A stretch of DNA of 64,000 nt from an uncultured Candidatus Binatia bacterium (GCA_965200965.1 OZ241744.1:3488001-3552000), one strand, 5' to 3'. Numbered from the stretch's first letter, positions 29,054 through 40,716 are shown. A program made the numbers and translations. Notes: generated from the sequence alone by a model not told the origin.

Positions 29054-29851
29054 ATGGCTTTTGTGGAAATTGACCACGTCAGCAAGCATTTTCCGCTGCG
29101 CGAAGGCGAGGCTGGCAAGCGCCGCACCGCGGAGACCTTCTGCGTGTTTCAGCATGTCTCGCTGCGTATTGAAGAAGGAGAGTTTCTCACCCTGGTTGGC
29201 CATTCGGGCTGTGGCAAGAGCACCCTGCTCAATATCCTGGCCGGCTTTGAGACCGCTTCCGAGGGCGGCATGGTCCTGGACGGCAGGGAAGTGCGCGAGC
29301 CGGGCCTAGACCGCATGGTCGTGTTCCAGAACTTTGCCCTCATGCCCTGGCTGTCGGCCTTTGACAATGTCCGCGTGGCAGTCAAAGCGGCCTATCCCAA
29401 GTGGGACAGCGCGCAGGTGGACGGCCATACCCGCAAATACCTCAGCATGATGAACCTGCTTGACGCCGCCAACAAGAAGCCGGCTTTTTTGTCCGGCGGC
29501 ATGCGCCAGCGGGTCGGGCTGGCGCGGGCGTTTGCCGTCCAGCCCAAGGTGCTGCTGCTCGACGAGCCGTTTGCCCAGATCGACGCCCTCACCCGGGGCA
29601 CGATTCAAGAAGAACTGATGAAAATGTGGGACGCAACCGGCACGACGGTCTTCATGGTCACCCATGACGTGGACGAGGCGATCCTGCTGTCCGACCGCAT
29701 TGCGCTGATGACCACCGGGCCGCCCGCCCGGGTGGCCGAATGCCTGGAGGTGACAATTCCCCGACCGCGCTGGCGGGAGACGATTATTGACCTGCCGCAC
29801 TACACCCAGTTGCGCAATGAGGTCTTGCGCTTCCTGATGCGGGCCAGCTAG
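29054..29851 (+). CDS. cynD: Cyanate/nitrate-type ABC transporter ATP-binding protein
   Basis: GHSGCGKST, LSGGMRQR, LLDEPF, VTHDVDEA. Confidence 0.85.
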   Translation: MAFVEIDHVSKHFPLREGEAGKRRTAETFCVFQHVSLRIEEGEFLTLVGHSGCGKSTLLNILAGFETASEGGMVLDGREVREPGLDRMVVFQNFALMPWLSAFDNVRVAVKAAYPKWDSAQVDGHTRKYLSMMNLLDAANKKPAFLSGGMRQRVGLARAFAVQPKVLLLDEPFAQIDALTRGTIQEELMKMWDATGTTVFMVTHDVDEAILLSDRIALMTTGPPARVAECLEVTIPRPRWRETIIDLPHYTQLRNEVLRFLMRAS

Positions 29852-29869
29852 CGCAATGCGCCAGCCGCT

Positions 29870-30075
29870 TCAACTGCTGAACAGCCGGACCGGCAGATAG
29901 GCGTGCTGCATGGCCCGGATATCGGCCAGCGGGGCAAACGCGCCCAACTCTTCAAGCTCCCGCTCCCAGACCATATTGACCAGTGCCGAGAGCCGCGGCC
30001 GCGGGCTGAGCAGGAGCGCCTGGGCCTGGCGGTGTCCGAGGCTGCCCAGCCGCAGGGCGGCACTGACACAACTGA
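29870..30075 (-). pseudogene. ureF: Urease accessory protein UreF, C-terminal remnant
   Basis: SCVSAALRLGSLGHRQAQALL...FAPLADIRAMQHAYLPVRLFSS matches the UreF C-terminal pattern; adjacent to urtA. Confidence 0.7.
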
Positions 30076-30096
30076 CCAGAACGGAAATCGGACACT

Positions 30097-30113
30097 TGTC
30101 CAAACTGTAGGCG
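30097..30113. promoter_or_regulatory. Putative enhancer-binding-protein site upstream of urtA
   Basis: TGTCCAAACTGTAGGCG matches the reverse complement of 39964-39980 at 13/17 positions. Confidence 0.5.
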
Positions 30114-30262
30114 AGAGGTTCGTTGATGAACCGCATGTCATCCCGGCGTAGATTTTCAATTTGCCAACAACCTTGACACCCAAGGCGATGTGTGCAGGTA
30201 TGCGACTGGCCTCAACTATTATCTGTACGGCTACGCGCGGCCAAACTCCAGCAGGAGAGGAT

Positions 30263-31567
30263 ATGTACGTCATGAGAAGGAAGTCTCTGCACACCGCGGC
30301 CCTGATTCTCAGCGGCCTGCTCCTCGGTCCGCTGCCCGGCTGGGCCGCGGAGCCGATCAAGGTCGGGATTCTGCACTCGCTGAGCGGCACAATGGCGATC
30401 AGCGAAACCTCGCTGAAAGATGTCGCCCTGATGGCGATTGAGGAACTGAACGAAAACGGCGGGGTGTTAGGCCGTCAGATCGAGCCGATTGTGGTGGACC
30501 CGGCCTCGGACTGGCCGCTGTTTGCCGAAAAGGCGCGTGAACTGATCCAGCAGGAAAAGGTGGCGGTGGTGTTCGGCTGCTGGACCTCGGTATCGCGCAA
30601 GTCGGTCCTGCCGGTCTTTGAGGAGTTGAACGGCCTGCTGTTCTACCCGGTCCAGCACGAGGGCGAAGAGTCTTCGTTCAATGTCTTCTACACCGGTGCG
30701 GTACCCAACCAGCAGGCCATCCCTGCGGTCGAATACCTGATGAGCGAAGACGGCGGCGGTGCCGAGCGCTTTGTGCTACTGGGCACTGACTATGTGTATC
30801 CGCGTACCACCAACAGGATTCTGAACTACTTTCTCGAATCCAAGGGGGTGGCCAAGGCCGACATCATGGAACTGTACACGCCGTTCGGCCACAGCGACTA
30901 CCAGACCATTGTGTCCGATATCAAGCGCTTTGCCGTCGGTAAACCAACGGCCGTAGTGGCCACCATCAACGGCGACTCCAACGTCCCGTTCTACAAAGAA
31001 CTGGCCGACCAGGGCCTCAAGGCCGAGGCTATCCCGGTGGTGGCTTTTTCGGTCGGCGAGGAAGAACTGCGTTGGATTGACACCGCGCCCCTCGTCGGTC
31101 ATCTGGCGGCCTGGAATTACTTCATGTCGGTTGAGACACCCGAGAACAAAGCCTTTGTCGCCAAGTGGAAAGCCTATGTTAAAAAACATAATCTGCCCGG
31201 CGGCGACAAGCGGGTGACCAACGATCCGATGGAAGCCACCTATCTTGGCATCAAAATGTGGGCCCAGGCGGTTGAGCAGGCCGGGACGACCGACGTTGAC
31301 GCGGTGCGCCAAGCGGTCGGCAATCAGGTCGTGCGCTCGCCCTCGGGTTTTGACATCAGGATGGACGCCAAGAACCATCATCTGTCCAAGCCGGTGTTCA
31401 TCGCCGAGGTCCGAGAAGACGGCCAGTTTGATATCGTGTGGAATACCGACGGACCGATCCGGGCCCAGGCCTGGAGTCCGTTTATTCCCGACAGTGCCGA
31501 GAAGGTCGCTGACTGGACCTATCCGTGGGTGTGTGGCAACTGCACCGAGCCGCGGTTCAAGCACTAA
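30263..31567 (+). CDS. urtA: Urea ABC transporter substrate-binding protein (orphan)
   Basis: IKVGILHSLSGTMAISE, FGCWTSVSRKSV, GTDYVYPRTTN. Confidence 0.93.
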   Translation: MYVMRRKSLHTAALILSGLLLGPLPGWAAEPIKVGILHSLSGTMAISETSLKDVALMAIEELNENGGVLGRQIEPIVVDPASDWPLFAEKARELIQQEKVAVVFGCWTSVSRKSVLPVFEELNGLLFYPVQHEGEESSFNVFYTGAVPNQQAIPAVEYLMSEDGGGAERFVLLGTDYVYPRTTNRILNYFLESKGVAKADIMELYTPFGHSDYQTIVSDIKRFAVGKPTAVVATINGDSNVPFYKELADQGLKAEAIPVVAFSVGEEELRWIDTAPLVGHLAAWNYFMSVETPENKAFVAKWKAYVKKHNLPGGDKRVTNDPMEATYLGIKMWAQAVEQAGTTDVDAVRQAVGNQVVRSPSGFDIRMDAKNHHLSKPVFIAEVREDGQFDIVWNTDGPIRAQAWSPFIPDSAEKVADWTYPWVCGNCTEPRFKH

Positions 31568-31615
31568 ACATCGCCCTCCCCCAGGTGTAAGCCGGTCGGA
31601 CTATCTCGATACCCT

Positions 31616-31879
31616 CTTGCTGAGGTTGCGGAATGGCTTGCACAACAGGGTCGGATCACGCGCGATGATTGCCCCATCCACATTGGGAGATCAAAAACTG
31701 CCCTGATAGACACAGGTTCCATATCTTCTCCGAAGGGAAAAATCCTCCGTCAAGAGACATTACCAAGCGGCTCCTTCGTGTATGTGAATTTCAGCAGTGA
31801 GGTCTGTGTTCAGACGGCTGTGCAACTCCTTGAGCAGTTCGCCGAAGACCCTTCCCAATTCAATGTGCAACTGTCTTAG
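31616..31879 (+). pseudogene. Start-less C-terminal fragment of a restriction-associated hypothetical protein
   Basis: Open frame LAEVAEWLAQQGRI...CPI...VYVNFSS...AVQLLEQFAEDPSQFNVQLS*; lower GC; not in the ORF track. Confidence 0.45.
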
Positions 31880-31924
31880 CGTGCAGGCTGCCCCTTGCAC
31901 ATGCTTGAACGGTGAGGCGGGACC

Positions 31925-32242
31925 TTGTTGATAGGGGTAGGGGCTGCCGTGCTTGCCGTTGGGGTCACCTTGGGTGGGGTGATCCTGACTGGCCTGCGCG
32001 GGATACGCGGGGAGTTGAAAGACCTGCGCGACGAGATGGGCCAAGTGCGGAGCGAGTTACACGGGGAGATTGTCCAACTGGGCGAAGGGCTGCGGGGGGA
32101 ACTCGGCCAAGGGCGGGAGGAGTTGCGCCGGGCAATGAACGAGTTGCGCCGGGATATGGGGATGCGTCTCTCAAGCGTTGAGTGCCAGCAGGCCAAGCTC
32201 GAAGGGCTGCGCGAAGCCATCACCGGGCACAGAGCGGCCTGA
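31925..32242 (+). CDS. Small membrane-anchored coiled-coil protein
   Basis: N-terminal TM helix followed by degenerate 11-aa LRxE repeats and a LEGLREAI terminus. Confidence 0.6.
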   Translation: MLIGVGAAVLAVGVTLGGVILTGLRGIRGELKDLRDEMGQVRSELHGEIVQLGEGLRGELGQGREELRRAMNELRRDMGMRLSSVECQQAKLEGLREAITGHRAA

Positions 32243-32290
32243 GCGTGCAGCCCCGTCATTCCAGGGCGGCCAGCGTCAGGAGATCAGGCC

Positions 32291-33403
32291 ATGCAGGACA
32301 CTGTGCGGAATCTCCTCGCCCAAGCGGATATTCAGATTGACGGAGACCGACCGTGGGACATCCACGTCCATGATCCAGACTTCTATGGCCGGGTACTGGG
32401 GGCCGGCTCGCTCGGGCTGGGAGAGTCCTACATGGACGGCTGGTGGGACTGTCGGGCGCTGGACCAATGTTTGTGCAAAATCCTCAAGGCTGGTCTAGCC
32501 GAGAAAGTCACTTCCCTACGCGAGAAAATGCACAGGCTGGTCGCACGGGTGACCAATCAGCAGCGCAAGGCCCGCGCGTTTGAGGTCGGCAAGCGGCATT
32601 ATGACATCGGCAACGACCTGTACGAAAAAATGCTGGATAGGCGTATGGTCTATAGCTGTGGCTATTGGAAGCAGGCCGAGACGCTTGATGAAGCCCAAGA
32701 GGCCAAGCTGGAACTCATCTGTCAAAAGATCCAACTCCGGCCTGGTATGCGGGTGCTCGATATCGGCTGTGGCTGGGGCAGTTTTGCCAAGTATGCGGCT
32801 GAGCACTACCAGGCCGCGGTTGTGGGCGTCACGGTTTCCAAAGAACAGCGGGCGTTGGCCGCTGAGCTGTGCCGCGGGCTGCCGGTTGAAATCATGTTGC
32901 AAGACTATCGTGTGCTGCGGCCTGAGCTCAACGGACGGTTCGACGCGGTTGTCTCGGTCGGCATGTTTGAGCATGTTGGCTATAAAAACTACCCGGCTTT
33001 TTTTCGGGTCGTTGACGCCTGCCTCCAGCCCGCTGGTCTCTTCTTGTTGCATACGATGGGGGTGAACCAGACCGTCTACAGCGGTGACCCGTGGGTCAAC
33101 ACCTATATTTTCCCAGGCGGCAGCCTGCCCTCCATGCAGCAACTCGGAGAAGCCACAGACGGGCTGCTGATGCTGGAAGACTGGCACAGTTTCAGCAGCG
33201 ATTATGTCAGAACGCTGCGCGCCTGGTGCGATAATTTTCGGGCCAACTGGTCTGGTTTGCAGGCGCGCTATGACGATCGGTTTCGGCGCATGTGGGAGTA
33301 CTACCTGCTGTCCTTTGCCGCCGGGTTTGCAGCCCGCCGTATTCAGCTGTGGCAGATTGTGTTTTCCAAGGACAGGCCGCCGGGCTATCAGAGCGTCCGC
33401 TGA
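32291..33403 (+). CDS. cfa: Cyclopropane-fatty-acyl-phospholipid synthase
   Basis: HYDIGNDLY, YSCGYW, LDIGCGWG, SVGMFEHVG, YIFPGG. Confidence 0.95.
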   Translation: MQDTVRNLLAQADIQIDGDRPWDIHVHDPDFYGRVLGAGSLGLGESYMDGWWDCRALDQCLCKILKAGLAEKVTSLREKMHRLVARVTNQQRKARAFEVGKRHYDIGNDLYEKMLDRRMVYSCGYWKQAETLDEAQEAKLELICQKIQLRPGMRVLDIGCGWGSFAKYAAEHYQAAVVGVTVSKEQRALAAELCRGLPVEIMLQDYRVLRPELNGRFDAVVSVGMFEHVGYKNYPAFFRVVDACLQPAGLFLLHTMGVNQTVYSGDPWVNTYIFPGGSLPSMQQLGEATDGLLMLEDWHSFSSDYVRTLRAWCDNFRANWSGLQARYDDRFRRMWEYYLLSFAAGFAARRIQLWQIVFSKDRPPGYQSVR

Positions 33404-33414
33404 GCCGCCGGCTT

Positions 33415-33669
33415 TCAGCCGTCCGCTTGGCCCGAATCCAGCACTCCACGAACCGCCTCGGCCAGCTCGCCGAATCGTGCTCCACGTCCCACGGCCAGAC
33501 CCAGCACATAGCACAGCAGTGGCGCGTTGGTTCGATTGCCGCTGCTGCGCGCGGCCACTCCGGCCAGCTCGAGCAGTTCGCGCATGTGGTCCGGCGTCAC
33601 GACCAGGGAGCCGGCCGGTTGTCCGCTGGTAGCGGCGAGTCGCTCTCCTATCTGATCTAACCACGACAT
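33415..33669 (-). CDS. Small hypothetical protein (DUF6457-like)
   Basis: LLELAGVAAR...RTNAPLLCYVLG. Confidence 0.7.
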   Translation of the reverse strand: MSWLDQIGERLAATSGQPAGSLVVTPDHMRELLELAGVAARSSGNRTNAPLLCYVLGLAVGRGARFGELAEAVRGVLDSGQADG

Positions 33670-33751
33670 GTATACAACCTCCTCAAGCATACCCCCCAAG
33701 CATAGCACGCCGTGGACGGGCGGGCGAGTGAGAACGGGCTTGGCGGCTTGG

Positions 33752-35139
33752 TCACGACAGGCTGTAGCGTTTCATCCGGTCACGCAGGACATTGCGGCTG
33801 ATGCCGAGCAGGCGGGCGGCCTGGACCTGATTGTGACGGGCGTGATTGAGCGCTTTGCTGACGAGCAGCTGCTCGGCAACGGCAAAAACCTTGCCGGCGT
33901 GCTGCTCAAAGAGGGACTCGAGGTTGGTGCCTGAGGGGATCGCCGGAGCCGCTTCCTGAGCTGTCGGGTACAGCCGCCTTTCGTGCAGCGCCAAGTCCTC
34001 GGCCCGGATAACCGGACCCCGGGCCCGCAGCACGGCCTGGGCAATGACGTTCTCCAACTCCCGCACATTCCCCGGCTAGGCATGGTCGAGGAGTGCCTGG
34101 CGGGCGGTTTCAGCAAAGCGGCGCGGCCCCCGCGCGTCACCTTGGCCTTGGAGAAAGCGCTTGGCCAATAACACAATGTCGTCTCCCCGCTCGCGCAACG
34201 GGGGGAGGGTGATCCGCACCACGTTGAGCCGGTAGTACTGGTCTTCACGAAATCGCCCCGCTTGTACCAAGTCCTCCAGGGCTTGGTTGGTGGCCGCAAT
34301 GATGCGCACATCAACCAGCCTGGGCTCGCTGGCACCTAGGCGATACATCTCGCGTTCCTGGAGGACACGCAGGAGCTTTGACTGCAAAACGAGCGGCATA
34401 TCGCCGATTTCATCCAGGAAAAGCGTCCCCCGGTGGGCCAGCTCAAACTTGCCCGGTCGTGCCTCGATTGCTCCAGAGAAGGCACCGCGTTCATGGCCGA
34501 AGAGTTCGCTCTCCAGTAAGGATTCTGGAATGGCGGCACAGTTCAGCGCCACAAAAGGGTCACGGGCACGCCGGGAGTAGGTTCTGAGCGCACGGGCGAC
34601 AAGTTCTTTACCGGTGCCGCTCTCTCCGGTGATGAGGACGGTCACATTGCGGGCCGCGGTTTTCCCGATTCTCTTATACACGTCCTGCATCGCCCGGCTC
34701 TGGCCAAACAGGGACACGCCCCCGGGCGTTATTGCGTCGGGGCTGGCTGCCTCGTCGGGTGTCTCTTCTGCGCCGGCTCTGCCGGGATGCTGGAGGGTAT
34801 CGGCAATCAGGCGCTTGAGCGTCTCTACATCCAGCGGCTTTTCAAGATAGTCCTCGGCGTCACAGGTCGTCGCCTGAATCGCGGTCTCGGCCGACACAAA
34901 GGCGGTCATGATAATCACAGGCAGTTCGGGGCGCTGCTGCTTGAGTTCCTGGAGGGTCGCCAGCCCGTCTTGGCCGGCATGCGGACATCCATCAGGACGA
35001 GCCGCAGAGCGGGGTCGCCGAACTGGTGCAGCGCCTCTTGGCCCGAGTAGGCCGACAGCACCTCGTATTCACCGCCCAAGACGCGCTGAAACGAGTAATG
35101 GACATTGCGCTCGTCGTCAACTACAAGAATTTTATCCAT
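33752..35139 (-). pseudogene. Sigma-54-dependent response regulator (NtrC-like), disrupted
   Basis: REC + AAA+ (GESGTGKE, GAFSGA) + Fis HTH. 1-bp frameshift near 34975 and TAG at 34076-34078 replacing the W of HAWPGNVRELEN. Confidence 0.92.
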
Positions 35140-35163
35140 ACGCGGCGTCCATCATGCTCGCCG

Positions 35164-36354
35164 TCATAAAGGCAGACGGACCATCACCGAGGTGCCTGCT
35201 CCGGGCTGAGAGGACAGGCACAGGCGGCCGTTATGGCCCTCGATAATCCGCTGGGAGATCGATAGGCTCAGGCCAGTCCCGCCCCGTCTGGTACTGAAGA
35301 ACGGCTCAAACAGTTTGGCCCGGACCTCGGGCGCAATGCCCTCGCCCTCGTCCCTGATCGCGGTCAGCAGACTGCCACCACTGACCGCGAGGCGCACGGT
35401 GAGCGCGCCGCCGTGGCGCATGGCCTGCATGGCGTTGATCAACAGGTTCAGAAAGACCTGCTTGATCTGGGACCCGTCGGCCCAGACCGGAGGCAGGTCT
35501 TTGGACCAGTCTCTGACCAGCCGAATCCCCCGCGTGCGGGCTTCCGGTCCGATGAGCAGCAGGGTTTCTTCCATGACTTCTTCGATTCGTTCGCGCTGAA
35601 AGTGGGGTGGACGCGGGCGGGCAAATTCGAGAAATTGCTCAACCAGGAGCGACATGCGGGCCAGCTCGCTCTGGACGATGGCAACATCGGCGGCGAGCGC
35701 ATGATCGGCTGCCATATCTTGGCCCATAGCATACATGAGCATACTGACCGTGTTGAGCGGATTGCGCAGCTCATGGGCAAAACCGGACGATAGGGTTCCG
35801 AGTGCGGCCAATTTCTCGGACTGGCGCAGCCGTTCCCGGGTTGCCATTTCGTCGCGGTGCAGCGTTGCGTTTTCAATGGCGATAGCCGATTGGCTGGCCA
35901 GCAGGGTCAGCAGCCGCAGGTCATTATCATCAAAACAGCGCGGTTCGCCCGTATACACATTGAGCACACCAATGATCGCGGTCTTCGTTCGTAGTGGGAT
36001 CGCGAGCAGCGTACACAGGCCCTCCTGGCACGCTACCTCAGAGACGCGATAGCGGGTTTCTTTGCGCACATCCGGGATGTGCAGTGGCCGGCCAGTGGTG
36101 ATGACTTGACTGATGAGACTCGAAGTGAGCGCTCGGTCGGGTAGGGCCAGATAGGCGTCGCTGGCACCAGAGGTCGCGGCCGGGCGGAGCGTGCCGCGTT
36201 CGGTATCGATCAGCAACAGGGAGGCTACCCGCGCCTCCATCAGCCGGCAGGCGTGGGCCGTCACCCGGCTGAGGACCTCGTCGAGCTGTAAGGTCGAAGA
36301 AATCTCTGTTCCGACCGAAAACAGCGCCTCAAAACGTTCCTGGAGCGCGTTCAT
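35164..36354 (-). CDS. GAF-domain sensor histidine kinase
   Basis: GAF domain, AHELRNPL H-box, NLLINA, DEGEGI; G2 box reads GTGLSL. Confidence 0.9.
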   Translation of the reverse strand: MNALQERFEALFSVGTEISSTLQLDEVLSRVTAHACRLMEARVASLLLIDTERGTLRPAATSGASDAYLALPDRALTSSLISQVITTGRPLHIPDVRKETRYRVSEVACQEGLCTLLAIPLRTKTAIIGVLNVYTGEPRCFDDNDLRLLTLLASQSAIAIENATLHRDEMATRERLRQSEKLAALGTLSSGFAHELRNPLNTVSMLMYAMGQDMAADHALAADVAIVQSELARMSLLVEQFLEFARPRPPHFQRERIEEVMEETLLLIGPEARTRGIRLVRDWSKDLPPVWADGSQIKQVFLNLLINAMQAMRHGGALTVRLAVSGGSLLTAIRDEGEGIAPEVRAKLFEPFFSTRRGGTGLSLSISQRIIEGHNGRLCLSSQPGAGTSVMVRLPL

Positions 36355-36464
36355 GGTTTGCTACGCCTTGGGTCTGGCGTGTCCAGGAAGAGCAAGAGGT
36401 CCCGCGGGTGGTGCGACACGGGTCCCGGGTGTCTCAGGCCGGCGCAAACCGGGGGCTCCCGCGC

Positions 36465-37898
36465 TCAGGCATTCGGAGGCGCGGCTGAGGAAAGACCTCC
36501 CCTGCCGCCGGCAATGACGCCGCCGCCAACCGACACGGTCTGAAAGTCGGCATAGGCGACATTGCCGTGTTCGCCAACGTCAAGCCCTTCAAACTCTTCC
36601 TCGTCGCTCACCCGCAGGCCCATTGCGGCTTTGATGATGCTGAAGGCCACAAAGGCAAAGGCAAACGAGAACACGCCGATGCTGACAATCCCGATGAGTT
36701 GACTGATGAGTTGGGTACCACCGGCTAGGCCGCCGAAGAGGCCGACCGCTAAGGTGCCCCACATGCCGGCCACTAGGTGGACCGATATGGCCCCGACTGG
36801 ATCATCAATCTGCATCTTGTCAAAAAAGAGGACCGAGAAGACCACAATCGCCCCGGCGATCAGGCCAATGACGGTGGCCGACAGGGCCGCCATCTGGTCA
36901 GCCCCGGCGGTAATGCCGACGAGGCCGGCCAGAATCCCATTGAGTGCCATTGACAGGTCGGGTTTTTTCAGCACCAGCCACGAAGTCAGCATAGCCCCGA
37001 GCGCGCCGGCCGCGGCGGCCAGACAGGTGGTCAGGAGGGTCAGCGAGACCAAGTTAGGGTCGGCGCTCAGGACCGAGCCGCCGTTAAACCCAAACCAGCC
37101 CAGCCACAGCAGGAACACGCCAATGGTGGCCAGCGGCATATTGCTGGGCAGGATCGGCCGCACCCGACCGTCCGCGGCGTATTTGCCCATGCGAGGGCCG
37201 AGCAAAATGGCCCCGGCCAGTGCGCCCCAGCCGCCGACCGAGTGGACGATGGTTGAGCCGGCGAAGTCGTAAAACGGGGTGTCCATCATATCCAGCCAGC
37301 CGCCGCCCCATTTCCAGCTGCCGGTAATCGGGTAGGATATGGCCACATAGACCGTGGCAAAGACCATGAAGGACGACAGCTTGATGCGTTCGGCCACCGC
37401 GCCCGAGACAATCGTGGCCGCGGTGGCGGCAAACATGGCCTGGAACAGAAAGTCGGTCCAGTAGGTGTAGCCGGCGTTATACACATCGGTCTGACCGGCG
37501 ACCACATCGCTGACCGCAACGCCAAAGCCGGCAAAGGCCAGCAGGCCTGAGGAGCCGTCGGCAAAGCCCGGATACATGAGGTTGAAGCCGCACAAGGCGT
37601 AGGTCAGCAGGCCGATGCTGATGATGAAGGTATTCTTGAACAGGATGTTGACCGTGTTCTTGGCCTGGGTGAGGCCCGATTCCAGGCTGGCAAACCCCAG
37701 GTGCATGATGAACACCAGGGCCGCGGCAATCATCATCCACAGGTTGTGGACCGTAAACACGGCGTAGGCGGGTGAGGCGGCAAAGGCGTCGTAATCGGCG
37801 TATGTTGCCGCCTCCTGGGCGTGGGCGAGCAGGGCGGACGCTTCAAACATACCGACCCCAAGAACGGTGAGGAGCGCAATTCTCAACCAGCCTTTCAT
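36465..37898 (-). CDS. amtB: Ammonium transporter
   Basis: FQAMFAAT, DFAGSTIVH, WFGFNGGS, DDPVGAISVH. Confidence 0.96.
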   Translation of the reverse strand: MKGWLRIALLTVLGVGMFEASALLAHAQEAATYADYDAFAASPAYAVFTVHNLWMMIAAALVFIMHLGFASLESGLTQAKNTVNILFKNTFIISIGLLTYALCGFNLMYPGFADGSSGLLAFAGFGVAVSDVVAGQTDVYNAGYTYWTDFLFQAMFAATAATIVSGAVAERIKLSSFMVFATVYVAISYPITGSWKWGGGWLDMMDTPFYDFAGSTIVHSVGGWGALAGAILLGPRMGKYAADGRVRPILPSNMPLATIGVFLLWLGWFGFNGGSVLSADPNLVSLTLLTTCLAAAAGALGAMLTSWLVLKKPDLSMALNGILAGLVGITAGADQMAALSATVIGLIAGAIVVFSVLFFDKMQIDDPVGAISVHLVAGMWGTLAVGLFGGLAGGTQLISQLIGIVSIGVFSFAFAFVAFSIIKAAMGLRVSDEEEFEGLDVGEHGNVAYADFQTVSVGGGVIAGGRGGLSSAAPPNA

Positions 37899-38023
37899 TG
37901 TCTGAACCTCCTGCTTATAATCGCCCGGTGTGTATCCTGTCCGGGCAGTCTGTTCGGGCTGTGTGTGACGGATAACGGGAGGGGCGTATGGCAGTACGCT
38001 CCTCCCGTCTGGGGCAACTCGCC

Positions 38024-39803
<1,780 letters not shown>

Positions 39804-39876
39804 GCTTCTACCTCCTTGGGTATAGTGTGACTTCAGACACGCCTGCCCTGTGCCCACAGTCTTCTCCTCACTAGCC

Positions 39877-39892
39877 AGCAAAGACTGTACCA
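39877..39892 (-). promoter_or_regulatory. Sigma-54 promoter of the porin-glnK-amtB operon
   Basis: Minus strand reads TGGTACAGTCTTTGCT. Confidence 0.8.
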
Positions 39893-39944
39893 GCCGCCAG
39901 CGGGCACAAAGTGCTGAATATCCGGCCCTCAGGCGTGGCCGGCC

Positions 39945-39980
39945 TGCTCAGCAGACAGGCATATGCCTAAATTTTAGACA
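39945..39980. promoter_or_regulatory. Tandem 17-bp NtrC-like enhancer sites
   Basis: TGCTCAGCAGACAGGCA (TGC-N11-GCA) and TGCCTAAATTTTAGACA. Confidence 0.55.
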
Positions 39981-40010
39981 CACGGCCGCTGCCAGGGCAG
40001 CAGAGCTCGC

Positions 40011-40039
40011 TTGACAAGGGCAGAGCGATTTCCTATGCA
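40011..40039 (+). promoter_or_regulatory. Putative sigma-70 promoter
   Basis: TTGACA-17bp-TATGCA upstream of the 40075 gene. Confidence 0.5.
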
Positions 40040-40074
40040 CAAGCCCACACGAACCACACGAAAGGAGCCACACT

Positions 40075-40671
40075 ATGGCCACAACAGATTTTGAGGCGCG
40101 CCAGTTGCTCAAGGCCTACCGGAAAGGGCTGATCTCGGACGATCTGTTTGAAGAACAGATGCAAGAACTTCAGACCGGAGTCGGCAGCCGGGGCTATGCC
40201 TACAACGGGAAGTCCTATGAGACCGAGAAAGAGTTGGTTCTGGCTGTCTTGGATGAGTTTCGGTGCGCCGAGGACTTTGCCGCTGAATATCTGAACTGCT
40301 GGGTTGAGGTCAGCGATCAGGAGTGTGTCAAAGGCGGTCTGCGGGTGGTCCAGCAGCGCGAAGCCTACCACGCTCAGATTCTCGAAGAGCGGCTGCGCGA
40401 GTTGGGCGGCTCGCCGCAGTGTAGCGTGCCGGCCGAGCGCCGCGAAAAAGAGTTGCCCTACTTTGCCTCGGCCGACACCGGCGATGTCGAGAAATTGCAG
40501 TCCATCGCCTCCCAGCTCAAAGACCCGGTTGAGGTCCTCAAACCCCTGACCGACGCCATTGCCCAGATTCAGGACGATCAGCACAGCAAAGAGTTGCTCG
40601 GCTCGCTGATTGATGACGAGATGTCGAGCGTCAAGTGGCTGATGGGCGCGTGTGAGACGCTGAGCAAATAG
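40075..40671 (+). CDS. Ferritin-like domain protein
   Basis: REAYH and DDEMS helix-bundle motifs; AAGGAG RBS. Confidence 0.7.
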   Translation: MATTDFEARQLLKAYRKGLISDDLFEEQMQELQTGVGSRGYAYNGKSYETEKELVLAVLDEFRCAEDFAAEYLNCWVEVSDQECVKGGLRVVQQREAYHAQILEERLRELGGSPQCSVPAERREKELPYFASADTGDVEKLQSIASQLKDPVEVLKPLTDAIAQIQDDQHSKELLGSLIDDEMSSVKWLMGACETLSK

Positions 40672-40716
40672 CCGTCCTCAGCTGCGGAGGGGCAATGCGC
40701 CTCTCTGCTATTCTCT

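Noticed and set aside
34076-34078. In-frame TAG as pyrrolysine or programmed read-through
   Set aside because: It replaces a conserved Trp by a single transition, and the gene has an independent frameshift; simple decay explains it
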